NCBI RefSeq assembly: GCF_964204645.1 | Contig: NC_134032.1 | Coordinates: 14,062,275-14,126,274, forward strand | DNA from: Tubulanus polymorphus | Lineage: Eukaryota; Animalia; Nemertea | DNA: 64,000 nt | Direction of reading: 5' to 3' | Shown here: in pieces, positions 51,101 through 64,000 of the stretch | How positions within the stretch are numbered: position 1 is the first letter of the stretch | How the letters are laid out: every line of letters begins with the position of its first letter | Made by a program: the position numbers and the translations under genes | The notes under the pieces: generated by a model | The model's database searches: none | What the model was told of the DNA's origin: nothing | Seen by the model: the letters and a program-made list of their open reading frames with translations, nothing else

Positions 51101-54100
51101 GTTCCGAATCAAGGCGTCTGGGACATGAGGGGTAAACAGTTTTTCAGCGGGATAGAAATTCGAGTTTGGGCGATCGCTTGTTTCGCGCCTCAGAGGACGG
51201 TCAGAGAGGATGCGCTGAGGTAGGATTCAAAAGTTTATACAAAATCCAAACCCAAGAGTTTTCCTTTTAAAGAGTACCTTTAAAGAGTACCATTTAAGTT
51301 TCCCCGTAGTTTAGAGAAATTCGTTCATTTACCACTGGGGGGGTATCTTAGTCAGGAAATTTCTGGTCAGGTGATATTTTAAGATTCCCTGATCTGTAAG
51401 AATACTGATTTTAAACAGTTTTTCACTTATAAATAATAAACGGTAAAATTCATCATGTGTCTCCTGATCCTCCCTCCCTCTCTTGACTTAAACAGGGTCC
51501 CTACAACTCGTTGAATCCTTGAAAACTCCTTGATTTTTGAATATATTTTTCAAGGTCCTTGAAAATCCTTTAATTTTGAGAAATATCCATAAACTCCTTG
51601 AAATTCCTTAAATTCTGGGAAAGTCCTATTAAAAATTTTCAAAAGGTTCTTTTCAGAAGACAGTGTATTCTATTATTCTTCATTGTGTGACTTGTGAGTG
51701 AAAGTTGTTTCACTTTGAGATTTAAAACATTTAAACATGTAAAACCAAAACGGCACACACAACAACTGATCAAAATTCGAGAAAAACATGGATTTTGTTT
51801 TTGAATTTTCGACTTTTTTTCCTTATATATGACCGCGAAAACCTCCTTGAATTTTGAAAATTATTCCTTGTAAATTCCTTGAAAAGTCCTTGAATTCTGG
51901 ATACCAGGAATTGTAGGAACCTTGTTAAAGACATGTTGATGTAGAGTGTATATGTAATGATGATATTTTCCGCGTTGCAGGAATTTCACGCAGCAGCTAC
52001 AGAGGATCTCAAACGATGCCGGAATGCCGATAGTCGGGCAGCCGTGTTTCTGTAAATACGCGACCGGACACGACCAGGTCGAGCCGATGTTCCGATTTCT
52101 CAAAAATACGTACGCCGGTTTACAACTGATCGTCGTCGTGTTGCCGGGTAAAACACCCGTCTACGGTACGTACGTCTGCACAAACTGTTTCTAGATCCTC
52201 TCAATCGTCTGCTCAAACTGTTTCTAGATCCTCTTAATCGCCTGCTCAAACTGTTTCTAGATCCTCTTAATCATCTGCTCAAACTGTGTCTAGATCCTCT
52301 TAATTCATTGTTTCTAGATACTCTTCATTCACAGACATTCTGTCTGCCTGGTAAATTTGCCTAAATTAGTTTTTAGATTCCCATTAATTTGTTTGAAGTT
52401 AGAATAGCCTACATGGTGGTGCCACTTACGGCAGAATGCGGCCACCCTCGTCTAGTATCAATCATGCTCAAAATGATAATATCTGGATCTCCTTAACAGA
52501 TGAATTTGCAGGTGAAATGAGTTTCTAGGTCGCTGACTAATTTTTAGAGATTTCCCTTTTTAACAGCTGAAGTGAAGCGAGTCGGTGATATTCTGATCGG
52601 CATGGCGACACAATGCGTCCAGGCTAAAAACGTCAATCGGACATCTCCGCAAACGCTGTCCAATTTGTGTTTGAAAATCAATGTTAAACTGGGAGGAATC
52701 AACAGCATCTTACTGCCATCTATACGGTAACTGAACCATCCGTCTGCTTGATTCGTCGGTTTGAAAATCGGTTGAGTTTGAAATTTGAATTATTTCCTTG
52801 TAGTCCACGAATCTTCAATGAGCCGATTATATTCCTCGGAGCTGACGTAACTCATCCTCCGGCTGGAGATACCTCCAAACCTTCTATAGCAGCTGTGAGT
52901 ATTATCTACCTACCTACTCTCCCTCACTGCTACAATCAATGGATTGGTCCAAATTTGTCTCACCTCAGCTGTAAATGAAATAGAATATTTGGTTGTTGAT
53001 TGTAGGTTGTTGGTAGTATGGACGCTCATCCTAGTCGTTACTCGGCAACCGTGCGTCTGCAGCCGCATAGACAGGAGATAATACAAGATCTGACGGCGAT
53101 GGTTCGCGAATTATTGATCCAGTTTTACAAATCGACCCGGTTTAAACCGAACCGGATTATCATATATCGAGATGGAGTCAGCGAAGGCCAGTTCCAACAG
53201 GTAATCATCTAGAGTGGTTTAAACCGCCGGTCGTCGCCGGTCTCGTCTATCCAGGGCTTCATGGGTTCGAATCCCCGGTGGCGACAGAGTTTCTCGATCG
53301 AAGGTTCTTCTCGGGGCTCTTCTCATTTGGGTAAAAGAAACATCGCACCCACTACTAATGATATCCTGTGTTGCGCTCAGTGGGTTGAGGGAATTGAAAA
53401 AAAAAAATTAATAAGAATCTAATAACAAAATCATCGAAAATCATGCAAATTCTTTGGCGTTGAAAAAATTTTAAATAAATAGAGTTTAACTTGCTGAAGT
53501 CATTGTAATTGTAAATAGTCGATCTATCCAACATTATGTTGATGACCTATTGTAAGTGAATTGGAAAAACAAATTGGGATAATTTGAGTGCAAATTGGGA
53601 CTCAAAAACGAGACAGATTCAATAATGGGATGACCTACCTGATGATGAAATTGAATAGATATTGCAGGGTCCGATCTAAGGAATGAAAGCCACTTGCCCG
53701 GGGGGGGCAAGCATATCTGAAATTTTACTTGCCCCTTCCAAAAGCTACTTGCCCTACACAGGCAGTCCAATTGGTGGCACTATCATCCGTTGTATCGAGT
53801 GGGGAATAAGCTTTGAGACATAAGATTGCACTAACCCGGGGACAAGTGATAAATGATAACCTACTTGCCCTGATGAGAATATACTTGTCCCGGGCAATCG
53901 GACAAGTGCTTAGATTGTACCCTGTATTATGTTCGTTAGAAATGTTGATATTTATTTTCATTTGTCGTGTAGGTTTTACAACATGAATTACGAGCTATTC
54001 GAGAAGCATGTATGAAACTTGAGATGGATTATCAGCCGGGTATAACATTTATAGTCGTACAGAAACGTCATCACACAAGACTCTTCTGCGCGGATAGAAA

Positions 54101-57100
54101 AGATCAGGTAAGAGATTTTCTGTCGATATCTCGGCTATATTTGAGAGATTCGAAATGATAATTTGAGAAAAGTAGTTATTTTGAGATATCATGTTTTAAA
54201 ATACTTTATATGATTCGATATACTTTAATATACTTTATATAATTGAGATTAATTCTGAAACTAAATTTCGACATTAGTTTTGAAATATCTTAAGTATAAT
54301 TTTGAAATTATATTTCGAGATTACTTTTGAAATTAATTTGCGATTTTGAGATGATTGAAATGATATTTTGATGTCTTTCGAGTGATGTTTTGAGATAAGT
54401 TTTGAAATTTCATTTTTGAGATGATTAAAGTGATATATATTTTGAGATTGATTATTAATGAATGATATTTTGATGATTTGTAGATTGGTAAGAGTGGCAA
54501 TATACCAGCTGGTACTACAGTAGACATTGGTATAATACACCCAACTGAATTTGACTTCTTTCTATGCAGTCATGCTGGTATACAGGTAAATACACTTACT
54601 CACAGTCTGTTACTTAACCTAAGTTTTAATTTGGCCTGGATTGTTTTAAAAATTCATACCGTATTTTCCGGCCAATAAGTCGATTTTCTAGCCTCAGATT
54701 TTTACCCAAAATATCGTGATCGGCTTATTGGGCGGATACGATCTGTCATAAAAAATCACTTCCCGATCTATGCCACTCTAATGCTCTCAATGATCGTCAA
54801 AATCAAGAAAAGTGGTCGATATTTATTTGAGGTCATTATTTACTACCAATTATAATCTATTTTGAACTATTTTATTTTTACTTTGATTGTTCCATCACCG
54901 CACAGCGGCAATGGTATACATTTATATAACGCGCAAGTTCATCATACTACCACATGTCAGTTCATGCAAATCAGCAGTGAGCCGCGTACTGCGTGTATGG
55001 CTGTGTGTATAGTAATCAGCTGAGTGAGTCTATATATAGCACAGTCACTCGGAGATGATAGTATACACAGCACTCTCACACATCGGCCGGCGCTACTGTC
55101 AGCCTCTTAAATCGTCAATTAAGACGAACTAATTGACAAATCAGTGAATTAAAATCTCTGATGAAGGGCCTCGGCTTATTGGGCGAAGCTTTATGAAATC
55201 CATGTATTTTAGGCTAAAAAACTGCCCTCGGCTTATTGGCCGGAAAATACGGTATTTACTTACATTCAGGCGTATTTGCTTACATTCAGGGCTATTTACT
55301 TACATTTAGGTACCTGATAGATGACTCCCGAGCACCTAGCATCAGGTGAATCCATTCACCCGATGAAGCTTCTATACATTAGAAGCGAAAGTTCGTGCGT
55401 CAAATAAATAGTTAACCTGAATATAGTACTACTCGTCTCGTGATTAATTGAAATGTAGAAGGAATCAAACGCGAAACACTGAATACGAATACGAATATTT
55501 ATTACACTCCAACCATTCCCACGGTACATGGAGGAAAAAAAAACAGTATTTACAATTATTTACAAAAACAGTAGATAAAAGCACTTTGAAACATAACAAA
55601 CGTTATATACAACATACTATTTACACACACTACCGGAGGGATCTATATACATCCAGACCTAATTTGATAAATTTAGCAAGTTTAAAAGTTGGATTTTTAA
55701 AACATCAAGATTCCGAAAGGTATTTGAATTTAGGTAGCTTTCACTGATTAACTATCTACTAGCGACACCTGGCGGATCCTCACCTGCCATACGCGGAAAC
55801 CCCAATTATTGATAAAGATGTTTATTATTTTTTTTGCGTACAGGGTACATCGCGTCCATCTCACTACCACGTATTGTGGGATGACTGTAATTTTACGGCT
55901 GATGAGTTACAGATGTTGACGTATCAGTTGTGTCATACGTACGTACGATGTACTCGTAGCGTATCGATACCGGCTCCTGCTTACTATGCACATCTCGTCG
56001 CCTTCAGAGCCAGATACCATCTCGTCGAAAAGGAACATGACAGGTACGTTTGCCTTCACTATTTTTTAGCCCACTTGGGACTTAAGTCCCAGCAGGTTTT
56101 GAATATGGTCACCTTAAATAGTAGAATAACTTAGTATTTCCATATTAAATTGGTAACGAGGCATATTTTGTTATCACAATCAATTACAAAATCATAGCTG
56201 TTGACATGTTCTATGATTGTGGTGAGTTTCAAGTTCATTGGTTTTTGTAAATGGTCACCAGGGGGCGTTGAATATTGAAATTGTTAGATTGTTGAGCATT
56301 TGGAACCACTTCCCAAGTGGGCATGGTGTCCCTGGACCCCTAGTTTTTCTATAACACCCTCAACCCGCTAAGCGCCACGCCTGGGCATTATTAGTGGGTT
56401 TGACGTTTCTTTCTCCCGATGTGGGAGAGACCAGAGAAGAACCTTCGACCAAGAAACTCTGTCGCCACCAGGGTTTGAACCCATAAACCCTGTATTGATG
56501 AGACCAATGACCGGCGGCTTAAACCACTCGGCCACTGCGCCTCTCTACAGCACCTTCACTTCCAGGGACAGAGAATAACAAACCTTACAGCGTAGAATTA
56601 ACGCGTTGCATTCATGTTTAGGGTTCCAATTGAAACGCATCGCGTACGTGATTGGAAATTCTTTCCGAAACGCCAATCATTTTCCCTTTTAACCCTTTCA
56701 GTGCGTCTACACCGCAGTGCGGTGTATAAATCAGTGGTAGATTTTGCTAGTACACCGCACTGCGATGTATTGATGTAATTAGTAATTATCTCTCTTGAAA
56801 ATTGGCAGCACCTAGTGCAAACATAGTGAAATACTAGTAACTAACAATACAGTGGTATTCCCGTTATTCTAGGGTGGAATTTAAAAAAATTCTCATATTA
56901 TCTCCAGCATTATAGGGTATTAATTAGTCAGCACTGAAAGGGTTAAGCGTAAACGAAACAGAACAATGTTAAGTTAATTCTAAGCTGTACCGTAGATCTG
57001 GCATTCCTCGGGCAGATGGAGGGCTGATAGGGGCGAGGAAAGCTATATACCTTCTCTCACGAATGCAGACCCTGTAGTCACGACCCTCTTAAGACCTAAA

Positions 57101-58017
57101 TTACTTGGAAATACCATCTAGATCAGGAATTGTTTGTGGTTCGTTTTCAATTAAACCACTTTTCTTCATGTCGAATTACTCGCATTACTGGCTAGAATCG
57201 TATCAAGTTGTCGAGTCTGCAAAAGGAACATGCTTTGTGAATTGATATGTAGCTTTTTTCATCGAGGGTGGGTAGAGGTAGGCAATAGGGAAAACTTCAG
57301 AACTAGATCCCTGTTCCTATGGGTTGGGGTTCTGTAGATAGGTTGGGTTAACTTGGTAACTTGGACAGGTACCTGCATGCTATTTCCCCATGAGGAATAC
57401 GACATCACGGTGGCCACTGACCTGAAAAACCTTGAAAACTTGCGGAATTTGGATAAAGCTATTGAACATACATTTCTTTGTCAATACGTGATTCAATGAA
57501 AAATGAATGAATTATAACATTATTGAACCTAGAAATTTTTCTGATTTGTGTAATCAGGGAAAACCTCTAGGTAAATGGGTAGAAAGTGGCCACCAGCATT
57601 TTGTCTGACTTCTTCAGATGATTTATTGTCGTTTAAAAATGTTGTTGTGTTGTTGTTGTTTTACACGGATACGTGACGTTAGTTGTAATTGTTGTATTTT
57701 ATAGCGGAGAAGGCAGTCAACAGTCGGGTCTCAGCGAGGAATGTCAACCCGCGTTACTGGCTCGATTCGTAACCGTTCATCCCGATTCCAGTCGTGTCAT
57801 GTACTTCGCCTAGTCGTCGTCGTGGTTACCGTCGTTCGTCGTAGTCGTCGTGGTTACCGTCGTCGTGGTGATACGATAACTAATATACAAACATTGTCTC
57901 TATTGCAGCGGAGAAGGAAGCCAACAATCGGGCCTTAGCGACGAGCGAACGCCGACCGTGTTAGCGCGAGCTGTTGCCATACATCCCGATTCGCTCAAAG
58001 TTATGTACTTCGCTTAA
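45168..58017 (+). CDS. AGO2: Argonaute, AGO subfamily (miRNA-type; invertebrate Ago1 / vertebrate AGO1-4 orthologue), ~972 aa, 19 coding exons
   Basis: Exons 45168-45186, 45557-45917, 46116-46283, 46427-46547, 47233-47417, 47863-47999, 48823-48957, 49357-49528, 50136-50319, 50877-50999, 51083-51219, 51981-52165, 52567-52726, 52804-52894, 53006-53200, 53973-54107, 54484-54585, 55844-56043, then 57909-58017 (or 57705-57813); total 2919 nt. N, PAZ, MID and PIWI motifs present. Catalytic residues: D (GADVTH), E (RQEII), D (RDGVS), H (YAHLVA). Confidence 0.96.
46820..47118. repeat. ~105-bp tandem triplication in an Argonaute intron
   Basis: Three copies of TTGTTCTTGCTGGTGA...AAGGAACCTCTTGATAAGAAA...GGATATCTTA. 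Confidence 0.85.
48460..48800. repeat. Minisatellite (GAGATGATATATCGATGATGATAATGC-like)
   Basis: Visible tandem units ending just before the acceptor at 48823. Confidence 0.85.
51493..51924. mobile_element. Non-autonomous DNA element with CAGGGT-type termini and internal CCTTGAA repeats
   Basis: Imperfect TIRs CAGGGTCCCTACAA / TTGTAGGAACCTTG; TTAAA on both flanks. Confidence 0.5.
53210..53408 (+). mobile_element. tRNA-derived SINE (copy 1)
   Basis: B-box GGTTCGAATCC and A-tail; homologous to the inverted copy at 56345-56542. Confidence 0.7.
53665..53924. mobile_element. MITE with 16-bp imperfect TIRs
   Basis: CAGGGTCCGATCTAAG / CTTAGATTGTACCCTG (14/16); internal CTTGCCC repeats. Confidence 0.6.
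54659..55252. mobile_element. Non-autonomous Tc1/mariner-superfamily element
   Basis: Perfect 21-bp TIRs CCGTATTTTCCGGCCAATAAG with TA on both flanks. Confidence 0.85.
56345..56542 (-). mobile_element. tRNA-derived SINE (copy 2, inverted relative to copy 1)
   Basis: On the minus strand: A-box TGGCCGAGTGG, B-box GGTTCAAACCC, and the shared body GGTGGCGACAGAGTTTCT...TCGAAGGTTCTTCTC. Confidence 0.7.
56693..56942. mobile_element. piggyBac-like MITE
   Basis: TTAA on both flanks; TIRs CCCTTTCAGTGC / GCACTGAAAGGG. Confidence 0.85.
57705..57813 (+). CDS. AGO2: Alternative (duplicated) terminal coding exon A of Argonaute
   Basis: Acceptor TTTATAG|, 109 nt, phase 2. Encodes [36 protein letters not shown], paralogous to 57909-58017. 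Confidence 0.85.
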
Positions 58018-61000
58018 GATTTTTAAAAAAACGACAAACTGCGTGTGCCGTTCCGTGTGCCGTATGGTAGTGTGCGCGCAGTTATGATCGTCATCGTCGT
58101 GTGCTATTACTGAGAATATCGTGTGCCCGTCATCATGACCATCGCTGCTTCCGTTGTTCGTGTGCCGTTTTCGGTGGTGCTCAGTAATGCGGTGTGCCGC
58201 CATCGCGACGGTGCGCCGCAATCGCAATCATGCGCACACGTGTGCGCTACCGATAATGATTATAATCTCTATCGATCAATTATTAACGCGAGAGAGAGAG
58301 AGAATTTTTTAAACCATTCCAAAACTCCGATGAAAATATTCAATGCGAACGCGTAACGCGAATAACTGCTGTTTTAAGTGAGGGAACAAACGGATCGTGT
58401 CGTCTGCATAATAATGAGCTTGGTATCCATGGCTTTACAACAATACGCGCTGCAACAACGGTATCTATGGAAAAACGGATTAACGACTATAATCGACGCG
58501 CGTGTTTTTATTTTCCTTGAATGCAGCAGAAAACGTCTGGCGGCGTCGGCGCGGTAATACCGCTCCGCACATCGTAGTGAACGCCACCTGTTATCAAATA
58601 CGAGAACCACGTAGAGAGAATTAGTCACAACCGGTCGAATTATTAGATAGAGGCAGCTAACAATAATGATACGAACCCCCAGATAAATTATAAGTAATTT
58701 TATTCGATGATATTTGCTTCTGTGTGTGTGTATAAAAGTGTGCTCATATTTTAATTCATTTCTTTACATTACTATTATCATGATTTATTATTATTTATTA
58801 TCGATTTCGTTATTTTTTTTTTTTTTGTCTTTTAATTTAATCGGCACCAGAATGCTTTTCTTCACTCACAACAGGGGGCGCTACTTACAACAACTTGAAA
58901 TGTTCAAATAAACTTGGCTGTGAAAATATTTTGAAGTGAACAAAAAGAGAATTGAGGGTAGAATTTAACATATATGTATATAGAAAACGCGTTGTAATAC
59001 ATCATTATACGCATTGTGTACATGGTGATACACTTTGTAATACATTGTAATACATCGTAGTATATTGGAATATCCTTTGTATTGCTGTGTTATACTTAGT
59101 AATACATCGTAATACAGACTAGTACTACATTAGAATACCTTTGTATTTCTGTGTATTACTTCGTTATACAATTGTAATACGTGTCGTAATATTGTATTGA
59201 TGAGGTCAGTATTTTATCGTTTATATCTAAAACACGGATTATCGTTCATCCACGGATTAACTCCGCTAATCCGAGTGAGGTTAATCCAGCCAATTGTCTG
59301 CTGTCGTGAACTATTGAGTAAATTCTAATAATGTGTTTGATGTTGGCATTCCAAATATACAATTTGATTATCAAATAAATAACATTAAGAAAGTCGTCAT
59401 GGTAATTGTCCATCATGACCTTCAGAAGGTCGTGCAGGTAATTTATACCAAAACGCCATCGTGTGTTCAATTTGTGAATTATTTTGCCGTCTCATGAAAA
59501 ATGCAACAATAAATGAGCGCTATAATTCTGATGCACCCGGGTTACGGGAATTTAAGGGTCCTCGGCGATACTGCCCGCTGAATTAAAAAACTGGGCTTCC
59601 TTTCGCAGACATCATCAACATTCATCAATTAATCACCATGACAACACGCTGTATTATGAATATATGATTGCAATAATGGTGATTTGTATGTATCTCGGTA
59701 ACCACTCCCCCTCGTAGTCTCGGCCATTATCAAGCCGTTTTCAGTCAGTTCAGCTTTAATAAGAATCGCGGCAAAAATTCGATCAGCTTTTATGAGTCAT
59801 TTCAGCTTTTAGACGCAGCTTTTCCTAGTAATAGTCACAGCTTCATCGGTCATTTCAGCTTTTATAACAGATTTTTTTCGAATTTGAATTATGTCATAGC
59901 TCGTGTGTGCGTACGCTACTGCCGTTTATTTTTGCTCAAAAGTTTACTCAGATATATCGTCCTATATATATATATATATATATATACATTGATATTTTCT
60001 GATTTCTCTGGCATATATCGTCCCTTGTACTATGACGATATATCGATATTTTCTGTGCCTCTTGAATAATGCAATCTTCAAAAGAAAAAAAATATCGAAA
60101 AAACCGATGCAATAAAAATATCTACAACACGCTATACAACAATATGCATCAAATCAACCTTACTTAACTACTGTTGCTACGGACAACCCGACTATAACTA
60201 TGACAACTCGATATTGCTAGGACGAGCTATATTTCGCAATCTCTCTGGCATTATTGTCATTTTTAAATGAGAGAGATTTGATAGATACATTCCCGCAAAT
60301 TGCTTTTCATAGAGAATTTAACCCTGACATATGTAGTAGGCCAGCCATTAACAATATAGCAATATTTTTTCGCACGGAACAAATTTCACCCGAATTTTCT
60401 TTTCTAAACGGGTGCGCGTAATTAGTATTGTTGATTGTTGCCATGGAGATAGTCTATGGTTGCTGAGGAGATGCATTCCGTTTGTTGTCTCGATAATGAA
60501 CTGATCAGACAGACACACTGAACATTAAACCAATCGACCACCGCTGCCCTCTATATTTTGTATTTGAGAAACTTGTCAGTATAATAATGTGTTAATGAAT
60601 AAGAAATGGATTAGCTTTGTGTCTAGTCGAGAGAGTGAGTAGTCAAACACGCGCTTTACTCAAATCACTTTAATCCGGATGTTTTTAGAATTTTTCACTT
60701 AAAATGTGGTTATTAGAGTTAACCTGGGGATAGTTGACGTTGTAGTGACAATTAGAAATGTATTTATTTGGATCAAGTCGCTTGAGTGTTCCCATCGAAA
60801 ATGAACTGATTCCGCAGTTGTGAGGTTTGAGTTAACTCTTTGAGTTGAAATTAGAGCACATTTTCAATGAGAAATAATGATAATTACTTCATCATCGACT
60901 ACAAAATAACATTCCCAATTTACCTCTGAATCACATCTAAACTCACAACTGTGGAACAGAGTAAACTCTAACTCACGACTATAGAACAGAGTTCACTCGT

Positions 61001-64000
61001 AACTCACAACTGTGCAACTGGTTCCAGAGTTCAGAGTTAACTCTAACAACTAGTACTGGATCCAGATGGTTTACAATCAGGCCCAAGACATCACAGCAGT
61101 TTAATTCAGGCCAGTTGTTTTAATTCAGGTTTCTTGTAAATCATCATTGGCCCATATTGTTCTGGGTTAAACCGATTCTGAGTTTTGCGTCGTGCATATT
61201 TTCTATTTTATCCAATGCAATAAAATAAATGCGTAGATTTTTCGAACTATAGTCGACGCGCGGTTGTCTAGGAAACTCATTATTGTTATTATTATTATTA
61301 TGATTATTATTATTATTATGGATATCGATATTGTGAAGTGAAAATAGATATATATCATCATCGAGTGCCGTTTAAAATGGCTTTTTGTATCAGATTTTAC
61401 GCGATATTTAGAAATCTCAATGAGATGCATCTCTGTATAGCTCTCTCATGAGATTATCAATATATCATCCATGTGTTTTTGTAGTTTGCTACTATCGTAA
61501 TTATATCAGATAAAAAGGAACGCATTATTATATATCAATAAGTGCCCTCCGTTCTCGCCAGGGGGAGCTGTACATGCATGTGTGGGTGTGTGTATGGTTA
61601 CTATGACTACTGTTACTATAGTGAACAATAAATGTCTGTATTAAATATTTATATATATATATATATATATATAGATAGATATCTATTATATTGGATATGA
61701 TTATTTATAAGTTGATTGGACTGGTTCACGGTCTTGTTTAAGATAGTTTGGACTGGTCACCAGTTGTTGTATGATTATATGTGCATAACTAATTGTATTT
61801 AATCAGAATATTGACCTATCAGTGGCCAACGTTTATTAGACTGGTTTTTCGAGTTCGTTTGGACTGGTTACGTGCCCCCAGTTTTTTAAACTGTTTAGAA
61901 ATGTATGGTACACAATGGTTTCCTTTGTTTTACTCATTCCCTTATATCCAGTTAAACCACGGTTCACCGAAATAGTGATTATTTGTATGAATATTTTTTC
62001 GCAAAGCAAAAAGCAATTTTTCGGTGAAGTTTTATTTAGACGCGACGCATCGGGAAAAATCCGTCATATCCATCCAATCAGAAATCACATATCATTGCTC
62101 ATTTGAATACCAGTTTCGAAACCGACCAATCAGGGAACAATTGCATAACTGCCCGAATTCAGGGAAGCCATTTATTAATAGTAACCACGGATACCTCTTT
62201 AATACCACTTCAAACCACAAGGTGTCGCCACCAACCACCAATCGATGGCTCTGGCTAAGTGAGATTTAATTTTAGCCAATCAGAACTGTTTTTGCTCAAT
62301 CGGTCATTCATGATTAGATCATTCCAAACTCCTCCCATTCTTTATCCAACCAATAAGAGATCAGTTATATATTAAACAACCAATCGGATCGCTGCTGTTT
62401 CTACAATTACCAGTAACATTTTTATTCCGAACTGAAATCACACTGAAACCAACATGACTGATACCAAGTCGTAGGTCACATGACTCCTGTTGCGTCGTGT
62501 CAAATAAACCTCCACTCGCTTTTTACCCGGGCCTCGTCATGGGACCATCGTAGTCATGACGATGGACTGATGATCATACCCATTGTTGTATTGTTGTTTG
62601 TATTATATTGTGTTTTTAACGCTGCGGTAACCATTTTAAACAAATTATGACGATCAATATATTCTCAATTATTAGTCAATTAACGACAGCTGAGTGTGCC
62701 TGACTGCTCATAGGTGGCACCCTAGTCAACTACATTAGATCAATATATTATCACTGTGTACACTATAACTACGTTGTCGAGGAAACGCGTGTTAAATATC
62801 TCTAATTTATTATTATTAATAAAAATGATAATTGAAACGACTATTTTTATTTTGAAATGATATTTATGCTAATTCAATAATTGAGATAGTTAAATTGCAA
62901 ATAATATGATGTGTAAATTAGATTAAATTAAATTTTTTTTCAATGCCTAAAACTAATAATGTATTGATGATGATGAAAATGATGTATAATTCTTGCTCGA
63001 AAGGTATTTATTTTTAGAAGAGGCTCGAACCTCTGTGTTATAAACTGATCCTTCAATTACCGATCAACGTAGCAACCCGAAACAGGCGTCCTTTCTATTA
63101 AGTTTTGAATTATTCGAAAAGCTTTGATGATAAACTTTTTTTTGCGGACAGTCTGTTACGCGTGCATGAAGTCAGGGGTCAGAAATATTTATTTAATAAT
63201 AACAATTAACGGCTGTGTCATTTTCCTCCCCCCGAATAAAATAAATTTGGTGGTAGTTTTCAAATTTAATTCATTGTGTAGTATATAATACGTATATATT
63301 ATATAAATATATATATGGACAAATAAAGTCTGCTACTTTTATGACATTCAAAATCAAGTGTTTCATTATATTTCATTTTTTTAAACAATTTTGCTGATCT
63401 TGAAATGGAAATTGTCCCTCTACTAATCAGGTGCGGATCCACGGGTCTTGTTATTCAAATGCTGGTGGTTAATTAGCCACAACATGCCTATTTATTTTCC
63501 CGTAATTCGTCAAAATCTTGTAGAAAATTAAACATTCTAAATTTATATTCGCGAACATTTCGTTTGATAGTTTCCATCCGGCGCATTTACCGAAAGTATG
63601 AACCGTCAGGTGCTGCCACCGTGTCACCGAAGCTCGAACTAATTTTTAGACTGGTTGCCTGACAATGACCAGCAACCAGTCTAAACTGTATAGTGCTGTC
63701 GTCTAGTAACTATAAAGCGAACTATTTGGTGAAAAAGAAGTTCTCAAATCACATATCGGAATCAACTAAATTATTACGCGTATGAACCCTGCCGCATCAG
63801 TTCTAATCGTTCGACGAGAAAACATTTTGATCAAGTCTTATTTATTCGTTAAGATAATCAATTGAAAATTAAACCGGTCAAAACGAATTTGCGCTCGGTG
63901 TTTGGGAGGAACTATTTGCCAGATCGTAGTGTGACCCTCTTTTAAAGCGTGGTGAAGTAGCACAGACATGAGGTCAGTAAAATCCCGTTTTAATCTTCGT

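Noticed and set aside
55155-55400. Hammerhead-like motifs (CTGATGAAG...GCGAAG at ~55158; CCGATGAAGCTTCT...AGAAGCGAAAG at ~55360)
   Set aside because: Each has a core substitution (GAAG for GAAA; CCGA for CTGA) and no convincing stem I or III.
58018-64000. Short ORFs downstream of Argonaute
   Set aside because: No recognisable motifs or exon structure; the region is consistent with a long AT-rich 3' UTR (AATAAA at ~63235 and ~63322) and intergenic DNA.

Overview
Intron-rich, AT-rich genomic DNA from a bilaterian animal (probably an invertebrate; inferred). I reconstructed exon structures by hand from splice sites and reading frame. Four host genes are present. (1) Syndecan, + strand, 5180-17494, 5' exon probably outside the window; it carries a thyroglobulin type-1 exon and an alternative signal-peptide first exon. 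(2) FAM167-family gene, + strand, 38023-39419. (3) A tandem 8-EF-hand Ca2+-binding protein, - strand, 40988-42556. (4) A miRNA-class Argonaute with an intact DEDH tetrad, + strand, 45168-58017; it has two tandemly duplicated alternative last exons. The most striking feature is an approximately 8.25-kb DNA transposon (28877-37128) encoding an intact, 9-exon, ~1408-aa DDE transposase of apparent Dada type. It sits inside an elongator tRNA-Met gene: tRNA nt 1-13 lie at 28864-28876 and the rest lies at 37129-37196. The element's left end folds back on the orphaned tRNA 5' fragment. The rest of the window is minisatellites, MITEs, tRNA-derived SINEs and LINE/DIRS relics. Most short ORFs in the supplied track are repeat or antisense artefacts. 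No CRISPR array or rRNA is present.
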